Shown here: positions 55,281 to 64,000 of the stretch, one piece after another | How the letters are laid out: every line of letters begins with the position of its first letter | How positions within the stretch are numbered: the stretch's first letter is position 1 | Source: Ophelia neglecta | Lineage: Eukaryota | Direction: 5' to 3' | Length of the DNA stretch: 64,000 bases | Assembly: GCA_965285935.1 (NCBI GenBank) | Contig: OZ260664.1 | Span: 54,684,001 to 54,748,000 of the forward strand | Made by a program: the position numbers and the translations under genes | Notes under the pieces: model-generated | Told to the model about the DNA's origin: nothing | The model's input: only the letters and a program-made list of their open reading frames with translations | Database searches by the model: none

Positions 55281-58200
55281 TCTGTGTTAACTCTCCAGTC
55301 TGGAATGTAAATGGTCAACAGTTAATTGGAATCTATAGGCATTTTGTGGACTACTGCCACTTGGACTATCCTTGTTATTCACTTGTCATAATTGTGTACA
55401 GGTTAGTATTACAATATTAACATTCTTTTGGAACATTAAATGGGCACTTTTTCTATTTTCTGGCACATGTGAACATATAAATTTCAATGTGTTTTATACC
55501 TGTCCATTCTCTGTAAAACATCACACAAGGGTTCGACTTTTTACTGAGGCACATCTTGAAGGACATTACACTAACTTAATGTTTGGCATGTAAAATTGAT
55601 GGCGCTAAATTTGACACTTGCTATGCTATTAGCAAGGGTTTGAAACGAATCAGGGGTCTGATGTAAAATCTATCAGCTTTGCTGAATCTCAACTTTTTGT
55701 ATTCCTTACAAAGAATTGAGTAACTTCAGTAAAAATCAGAAAAGAGACTCATTTATTGAGCAATTGATTCAATCTCAAACTTTAATTTTTATGATAGTCA
55801 CTACATTCATTATTTCTTTGAGTAGGCTAAGAAACATTAAAACACATATTTAGTACTTGTACCTGTATCATGGTATTATGGGTATTATCATCAAGCAATG
55901 GTAATACTGAGCATTCCATCCTCTTTATGTACATTTACCTGTTCAGTGCTTTACTGGTCAGTGCTTCTATCTGTCATTATTAGATTCTCGCTGGCTTACT
56001 CATGGTAGACTGATATCTCCTTTCGCTAAACTGCAATTTCATTCATTCAAACTATTTTTGCTATGGATCCAGCAGTTATTGGAAATAAAATAAAGGGGCT
56101 GTTTAAAATTCATGAGGCTAACATGCTTCTAATATTACCAGTTGTTTAGTTGTCAATGGTGATGTTTATACTATTTTGGTGATCCACTGTTGATTGTCGG
56201 AGACCTTTGGATACATACAATGTATGTAGAAGGGTTACCCTTGAAAACACCTTAGTGCTCTGTTGACCTGTGAATAAATTCTTCCTTGGTGTCTTTATGT
56301 TGGTGACGGACGAGGATTTCACCGAAACCCTTACAAGTGACCTTTGCTTACTTGATTCGGAGATGTGAATGATTGTTAAAGCTGTTTATTCCAGAGATTG
56401 GGTTTCTTACTTTATTGTACGGTTGACTCGACAGCGAGCAGTCGTCTGTGTGGAAGCAGCATTAAGTTTATTTTTGTGCAAGACCCTCCGACCGTAAGAA
56501 GTTCTTGCCACGGCGTAGCACCAAGCCCTTGGCCCTTTAGTCACTTCAAGTTAGGTGTGTAATTAAACTTTCCTGTGTTCATACACAGCCATTTTAAGGA
56601 TACTCTCTGATTTATTGTGCTCTGGGGCTGTCAACGGGTAACAACAGTCGGCAACTGATAAAAAGTGCGACAGTTGAAAGCATGCATCATACTTGGATGA
56701 CATTGGTTTAGTGCCTTTGGGTTCATCTTTTCATTGAATTTCTCCATTTATTTGGACCCCTGATGTTCTGTCTGGATATCTATGATATAAACATCATTCA
56801 TATGAAGTTTTATACATGTACTTTTCCTTTTAACTTATATATAATGAACATAGATAATTATCAGTTGTTTTTTACCTAGCTTAGTGGGTGTTGCCGCCAA
56901 TTGATGAAAGGAAATATATTTTTGTATTGTTATAAAGCAATAAGAGATAATACGCCTGAGATATTGTAGCCATAAAGGTGATAATTATAGTTTCATTTAA
57001 CAAAGTCAGCCACGTCTAGGTAACTTTCAGGTCTTTAATCACCAATCACAAGAAATTCTAGACTAACATCTCAACACTTTGTTGAGTTGATTATATGTTA
57101 TGGCTGAAAGCGCCATAGATAATGTCAAAACTTGTAACGTCCTGATGTTTCTTATCAGTAATTTTTTACCTATTCATCAATTTCAGACATTAAATTCTAT
57201 TTTTTTCTTCTTTCAATGCCATAAGAATTTGTTATGATTGTCTAAAGTTTCCTTTTATTGAATTTTTCCAGTTACATTGCAGTTATAGCCTTGAACCACA
57301 CTGCAGGTGATATGTAAATATATTCAACCAGCTCTATCCTACAAAAACTTGAAGTAGTTTTAATATATTTCAATATGAAAACTCATGCTTGTTTACAAAT
57401 CTAAGTGTTCTTTTTATCAAACAGCAACAATACCTAGCAGCTGGCTGCACGAAAAATTACATTTAATGCCTTTCACTTGTTCTGGCTTTGTATGATGCCT
57501 CGTAGACATATTTTGCCTCTTCAGACATTAATTGCTAAGAAGAAAATTGGATCATTTACCACGCATTCACTTTATTTTTGCTCTTGTTAGGCTACTTTTG
57601 GTAACTGCAATTACTGCTAAGACGTTGCGATATCAATCACCAGTGTGATGGTTTTCTGGCCGGAAAAGTACATTGTATCCTTATAATTACAGGTATTGTT
57701 GTTGAGTGGGGAGGATTAGCTGGGAAGTCCTTATCAATAAAGATGGGTTTTGTCACTGTATGATGTTATCTCTGCCTTACCTAGCCCAGTCTCCTCCCGG
57801 CTTACATGGGCACACAGTCCTATCACTCAGCCTGGCCTAATCTCATTACTTAATCAATGATAATTCATTACAGGTAGACAATCTGAAGATAGGCTAAGAC
57901 TACTGTAGGATAACTAAGTTCTAGGACTGTTCTCATTCATAACAGAATGGATTGGGCTAGGTGCCTACTCACAGGCTTTCTGTTTTTACCATTAGTTGCG
58001 TTGAGACCATATAAACTTGAACTCGTATACATTAAACGAACAAACTATATTGATTATATATTGAAATCTTCATTTGTTGGAAGACAAATTTGAAGCTGAT
58101 TTGTGAGTTTTTTAAATTTCCATAAGCCTATCAACAGTTGTGATAAAGATCTTTTCATCTAAAGCCCCCTCCTTCTGGTAGATATGAGTCACAACCTTTG

Positions 58201-59040
58201 AGGGTCAGATGCTAGAAGTTGTGACCATTTGTGAACATAGCATCGATTATTTTGTGAAGGTACAGGCCAACTGTTGTTTCTCTTCTCACCTTTATTATTG
58301 TTTTGGGCTTCCTTTCAACTGGACTAATCAGGTGGGAAAATCCACCAAGGGATCTTATTAATCACAAGCAGGCGGACATTGTGTGTATTTATGTGTCGGA
58401 TATTAAAACTTTATCAATGTGCGCGACCGGTTTGTGAGTTCCAGCATGCATTGTTGTGAGATTTAGTCATGCATGTGTATTTTCTTCAAACAATCTCCCC
58501 ACAGAGCCCCTGATCAATGCCTTAATTAGATGGTAAGGGATACCGTTGGATACTTTGTATCCATTAGAAGACAATAGATGTGATGAATGGTGGCGGGAGC
58601 TATTCCTTATGAAAGGTTAACCGGACATAAGATGGAGGGGTGTTGGACAGAGCAGGCCGAATCTGGTGTGAATAAGAAATAACTAAGAGCAACACTACTG
58701 TATACCTGTGACAATTGGACTTTGTTGCAACTATGCCATCTCACCTCTGTCATTTTCAGTCAGAATTAATGAGTTCTTAAAGCCAATTAGCAAACACATA
58801 TTGTACCTAACTAGATTAATAGAACAAAGATATATGATGGATCAGCTGCAAAGCGATGGAGGCTGTATATTGTGGCTGCAACCTGCTTGTCAATAATTAG
58901 CACCTGGGCGCAAAATCTGGGATCATTGGGTCTCATTAAAAATTTGCAGATTTGACACCTTCGAATATGATTGCATTACTATTGTGTCTCTACTATAGTA
59001 CTGTTATAGTAAATGTTGTGATACTATAACTTGTCCATCT

Positions 59041-59068
59041 GTCTAACAGTTTCTTGTTTCTATTTCAG
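59041..59068 (+). promoter_or_regulatory. Branch point, polypyrimidine tract and 3' splice acceptor of the large protocadherin exon
   Basis: gtCTAACagtttcttgtttctatttcAG|ag: CTAAC branch motif about 22 nt before a TTTCAG acceptor ending at 59068, 312 nt upstream of the ATG. Implies at least one upstream non-coding exon. Confidence 0.75.
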
Positions 59069-59380
59069 AGCCAGTGACTGCTGGTGATAGGCAAACCTGA
59101 TAGACACATCGACTGATCGATCCATCGGCATTGCTCCGTCATGGCACGTGGTGGCCAGCTTCTCACTGTTTGCTAACACCATGACAAACAAAGTTGGATT
59201 TTACATCTAAGTAATTTTCAAAGAGCCCAGCAGGAAGAGGAATTGATGTAGTGGCAGTGTATTGGATTTGGAGATTAAACGCTGATGGGTAGTTGGGGCT
59301 TGGAGATCACACGGCTGCAGGTGTAACAAAAGACTTAATGATACACAACAGGCGTACATAGCAGCAACCCGCCTGCAATC
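59069..59380 (+). other. Protocadherin 5' UTR portion containing five uORFs
   Basis: ATG-stop frames at 59141-59176, 59181-59210, 59246-59251, 59285-59326 and 59338-59361, between the acceptor and the main ATG. Confidence 0.65.
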
Positions 59381-62140
59381 ATGGCTTTTGTTCATTTCGG
59401 ATCCTTTTTTACCCTAATCTGCTGTAGCCGTCTGCTGTCCACCACCCTCGGACAGATAGATAGTGGTACTTTATCATTTAACATCTATGAACAGTTTCCT
59501 GCTCCTTTTTTTGTTGGAGATATTGCAGAAAAGGCAAATCTTAAAGCAAGGCTTAATGCCAGTGTTTTTGAAAATCTTCGGTATTCTATACTCACAGAAG
59601 GCAATGAGCATGCTCGGTATTTTGACGTGGGGAGTAACGACGGTGTGTTGAAGACAAAAGAGGCTATTGACAGGGATTTCCTCTGCCCCCAGATGGAGGA
59701 ATGCATATTGAACTTGGATGTTGCCACCCAAGGTCCCCACAACCACATTGAAGTCATCAAGATAGCCGTCACCATATCTGATCGGAATGACAATGCTCCC
59801 CAGTTTCTACAATCACAGCTCTCTAAATCCATCTCGGAAAGCACTTTACCTGGCTACAGCTTTGCCATACCGACTGCCGATGATATTGACAGCCCACAAT
59901 ACGGTGTAAAGTCTTATGTCATGTCCACCCCTTCCCAATTGTTTGAGCTAAAAGTAGCCAACAATGATGATGGCACTGTGAGCAACTTGTACATTGTTCT
60001 GCTGAAGAGCTTAGATCGTGAGGAGCGCGACGGTTACCAGCTCACAGTGGAGGCCAAAGATGGGGGAAGCCCGCCATTAACTGGCGCCCTCAATGTGGAA
60101 GTTGTTGTATTGGACATCAATGATAACTTTCCCCAGTTTGACAGTGATAGTTATGTTGCCGAGGTGAGGGAGGACACGGCCCCGGGGACTGTGATTTACC
60201 AAGTAGGAGCCACCGATCCCGATTCTGGGGCAAACGGAGAGCTCGTCTACAGCTTTGACATCAAAACTGTGCACTCCTATGGCAGTCTTTTCTCGATTAA
60301 AAACACCACAGGAGAGATATCTGTCATCAGCGATTTGGACTTTGAGCAGACCAAAACCTGCAATTTGCAGGTGACAGCCCATGACCGGGGCGTGCAGACT
60401 TTATTAGCTGAGACGCGAGTTGTAGTTAATGTCTTGGATGTGAATGATAACCCACCTAAGATAACCGTCAATGCTCTCACCGCCTCCAGGCAAGTAGAAA
60501 TACCTGAATCCAGCCCTGTCGGAAGCTTTGCCGCCTACATCTCAGTGAATGACCCAGATGAGGGGGAAAACGGACAGTTCAACTGTGTTCTGTCTGATCC
60601 CAGTGGCAGTTTCAGAGTAGAGCCTCAAAGAGAATCAGAATTCAAACTTGTAACCACCACCAGATTAGATCATGAGCTGTCATCAGATCATCTACTAGAG
60701 TTTACTTGCCAGGACAAGGGGAACACTCCTCTCACCTCCATGAAACAGCTTAAAGTAACAGTTCTGGATGAAAACGATAACACTCCACAGTTTAGCAAGC
60801 AATCCAATGCTGTCATTTTGTTGGAGAACAACATTGTTGGTCAAGAAGTTATTCAGGTTACTGCCACTGATGCAGACTCAGGCAAAAATGGAGAAGTTCT
60901 CTACAGCTTGGTGGGTGATGCTGGAAATTTCTTCCATATTAATCCAATCAATGGTAACATAACTGCAGTCACTTCTTTTGACTATGAAAAAAATCACAAT
61001 TACACCCTGCAGGTGGCTGCACGTGATCAAGGGGAAGAGCCCCTTAGCTCTGTGGCCATTGTGTACATCACAATCCTTGATGAAAATGACAACCCGCCCA
61101 GGTTTAGACCCACATATTATGATTTCTTTGTAGTTGAAAACCAAGACATAGGCACGGAGGTGGGTCGTGTTCTAGCCTATGACCAAGATTCTCTGGGATA
61201 TGATAAGTTTTATTTCTCTCTGCCTCCCGGCTCTGTAGCAATAGAAACATTTGCTATTGAACCTACCAGTGGAAGAATATTTACCACAAAACCTTTGGAC
61301 AGAGAACTTGTAAGCAATTATGATGTGACAGTGCTCGTAACGGATGAGAATAAACCCAGCCTAGTGAGCTCGGCCACTGTATCAGTGACGGTGACAGACT
61401 TAAATGATGAATCCCCCTATGTTGTATTCCCTTCCCCTTCCAACAATACCATACAAATATCAAATAAAGTCCCGGTCGGATATATTGCCACCCAAATATA
61501 TGCTGATGACATGGATGAAATGAATCATCCAAACTCACAATTACAATACACACTCAGGGAAGACTCCGGCGGGAAAGGTGTGTTCTCCATCGACAAAGAC
61601 ACTGCAACAATCAAAGTGTTAGCAGACTTGTCAAAAGTGAACAAAAACTTTTACAGCCTAAAAATACTCATACAGGACAAGGGGGAGCCTCCCCTAGCTA
61701 CTGACACTACTTTGAATATTGTTGTAAATAAATCCCTGTCATTTCCTCGTAATGGTAATGTAGGCAGCAGTAAGGGACCTATTATCACTGGACAGAATCT
61801 GACAATAGTGATAGCAGTCGCTGTGGTCTCGGCTGTACTCATCGTCATCTTGATGGTCACCATCATCATCTTGTGCCGGCAGGACCGCAAAAGGAGGCAA
61901 AGAAACTACCTAAATGTCTTGTTTGGTGACCAGGCGAAACTGGCTGACCCTGTCAATAGAGGTGAAACTCCTGGACAAGCAGACAGCCAAAACAACCACA
62001 AACTGGCCGTCCCTAACAAGGTGGCATTGAAAAACAAAAACATTCCTCTAGGCAAAAATAAAGATGGCAGCTTCTGTAACAAAATAGACATTAATGATGA
62101 GCAGTCTCACAGAGTCAGCAGGGTGCCTTCTGCAGTGCAG
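59381..62140 (+). CDS. Protocadherin, delta-1-like (7 extracellular cadherin repeats); large first coding exon, 920 codons, 3' partial (ORF reads on into the intron to a stop at 62203)
   Basis: Signal peptide (MAFVHFGSFFTLICCSRLLSTTLG). Seven EC repeats with Ca-binding linkers DRNDNAP, DINDNFP, DVNDNPP, DENDNTP, DENDNPP, DLNDESP plus LDRE/LDFE/FDYE and DxD..G motifs. Protocadherin-type C-X5-C in EC1 (CPQMEEC, 59684-59704). TM helix LTIVIAVAVVSAVLIVILMVTIIILC (61799-61876) followed by basic RQDRKRRQR. Whole ectodomain plus TM in one exon. Consensus donor CAG|GTGAGT at 62140/62141 (phase 0). Exact orthology not assignable by eye. Confidence 0.96.
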
Positions 62141-62146
62141 GTGAGT
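62138..62146 (+). promoter_or_regulatory. 5' splice donor ending the protocadherin ectodomain exon
   Basis: CAG|GTGAGT consensus. The sequence becomes abruptly T-rich and intron-like after it. Confidence 0.88.
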
Positions 62147-64000
62147 TTTTTTAATAAACCATCTACATATTGTTTCAATATATATTTCACTTTTTTGGGG
62201 TAATTGTTCTTTAAGCTGGTACATTTGTGTTACAGTCCAGGTGCTATGAAACAATGCAAGGTAGTTCACAGCCGCAAGCTATATTTTCAACATGGTGTAG
62301 TGATTTAAGTCTGTCAGTTTTATATTGATCCAATACTTTCTAGCATAATTTTCTCTTTGGTGGACCTTATGCACCTAGAGGTATCAATGGTGATATTAAC
62401 ACATTTGATTAATTTGACTGACTAGCTGGTCAATGTGAGCAATAACTCGTATATGGTGCCAATACAATGATCGGGTTTCGTGACAAAGAAAGGAAATTTG
62501 GTGGGGAATAAAGCACCGCCCTCTTTTGTCCTTGAATCAAAAAGCACAATTAATGGGCCCAGATTTCCTGCTATGAATGACCAGCCAGCTAAGTCTCCCA
62601 TATCATTTTAAACTTCTCCTGGCAGGTACAAAAGTAATAACAAAAGTATTAGGTACCTTCAGCAGTCACTGGTGATGTGTTAGACTCAGAATGACTTGTC
62701 AAATTAGATGGTCAGCTGCTTCCATGGAGCCATTCACCCTGGTTAGTTGACCAGACATTGACAGATATGCACAAGTTATTGTTAATCATTATAAGCAGTC
62801 ATTAATAGCACCCTGCAATTAAGATTCATTGATTAGTTTGATATAAAATTGCCAGTCAGATTTAGCAAAATAGGGCAAGAGTTATGTTTGGTAGAAACCA
62901 AACTAGCCAAATGTTGCTTCCAATTCTCATCTTTAATATCCTGTCTCTTTGTTGTGTGCGTATGCCATTAATTCATTTCTGCTATCCTCCAAAGGAAATG
63001 TTAATGTAAAGATTCAATGTAGGTTGACCCTCTTATGTCATTCTTCACTCATCTATCCACATAGCAGCCATGCAGGCAAAATGGTTGCCTCATCAGTCAC
63101 AACATCAAAGGTTGTACTAATTGAGAACACCTTTGGAGGCTTCTTGCCAGTGTCTGCCCACCTGAGTATGGTGATTAGGTGTGTAATATGTTGTTCAATG
63201 GCTAAATAATCATACTGCTCAAGCTTTGTCACTGGCCACACCAATGTTGTAATTGCCTTTAAATCCCTAGAAGAATTTGATTTTAAATTTCAAAGGATCA
63301 CCTGCTACACCAGTGTTAGCCCGTTTAAAGACTGGAGAAGGATTTCAAAGGAAATCATTGCTAGATATAGATATATGTATATATATGCTAATATTTCATA
63401 ATTTCCCCAGGGATCTTGTGTAAAACTGACCTTTTCATTTTGAAAGCTCATACTTATTGATTTACCTTAGACTTCAAATGCATGTTTTATAAATGAAGGT
63501 AGATGACCAACATGACGAGTTTTACTCACATTCACCTTTTATGTGTACCACACATCAACAACTTATTGGATGCTTCAAACAGTGTAAAACAGGTCCCTTT
63601 AAGACACTGTTGTAGGTCAGACGACAGTCATGAAGCTAGCCTCAAATTCAATACATCGATTGATCAGTGTTTGCCCAAATACAAATGCAGGTGACCGTGC
63701 CTTTTCAACACGTTAAAGCTGATAATTCATCGACTGATCCATAGGTTTGGTGATAGATACAGACTTAGTATTGAGTCAGGAGATGATTTACACCTAGTCA
63801 TTTCCATCCATGTATCAGCCAGAGGACAGCATAAAAGAACAACACCCCATTTCTCACATTTTATGGGTGTTTTACATTAAGCAATTCGTTTATTATTCAC
63901 TAGTATATGCATTCACTGAAACAGAGACAATAGACATGTAGATGTTATTTTGCATACTTAGCATCTCATCCTTAAAGCAAAAAGTTATAAGTTCATGTGA

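Noticed and set aside
902-58896. The many 60-144 aa ORFs in the track, including 53733-54167
   Set aside because: Many begin at non-ATG codons, they have intron-like composition and no recognisable domains, and their lengths fit chance.
59207-62269. Antisense and alternate-frame ORFs overlapping the protocadherin
   Set aside because: Shadow ORFs produced by the codon structure of the real CDS.
59107-63745. CATCGACTGATC present both in the 5' UTR and in the downstream intron
   Set aside because: Many 12-mer repeats are expected by chance in 64 kb.
62204-64000. Next cytoplasmic exon of the protocadherin
   Set aside because: No acceptor plus open frame with protocadherin CM-like motifs found; likely beyond the window.

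Overview
AT-rich, CpG-depleted animal genomic DNA. The frequent TACATGTA words and the protocadherin type suggest a marine invertebrate, probably a lophotrochozoan, but the species cannot be identified from the sequence. There is one convincing protein-coding feature: a ~3.07-kb exon (59069-62140, + strand). It encodes the signal peptide, seven cadherin repeats, transmembrane helix and start of the cytoplasmic tail of a delta-1-like protocadherin (CDS from 59381, spliced at 62140/62141, further exons not seen in the window). The other ~59 kb is non-coding and the other ORFs in the track look like chance ORFs. It holds several inverted-repeat-bounded non-autonomous DNA elements, short tandem duplications and CpG-richer patches with promoter or splice-site motifs. 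The most interesting structure is at 22.2-24.4 kb. There a 1.7-kb element with ~65-bp terminal inverted repeats carries a TATA box and an ATG|GTGAGT mini-exon. It sits in the main CpG-rich patch, roughly where base skew appears to flip from A-rich to T-rich, suggesting a possibly transposon-derived divergent promoter region upstream of the protocadherin. The protocadherin leader has five uORFs, and there is a possible intron read-through short isoform. I found no tRNA, rRNA, CRISPR or intact transposase, and nothing I can demonstrate to be a new biological system. The regulatory proposals are hypotheses.
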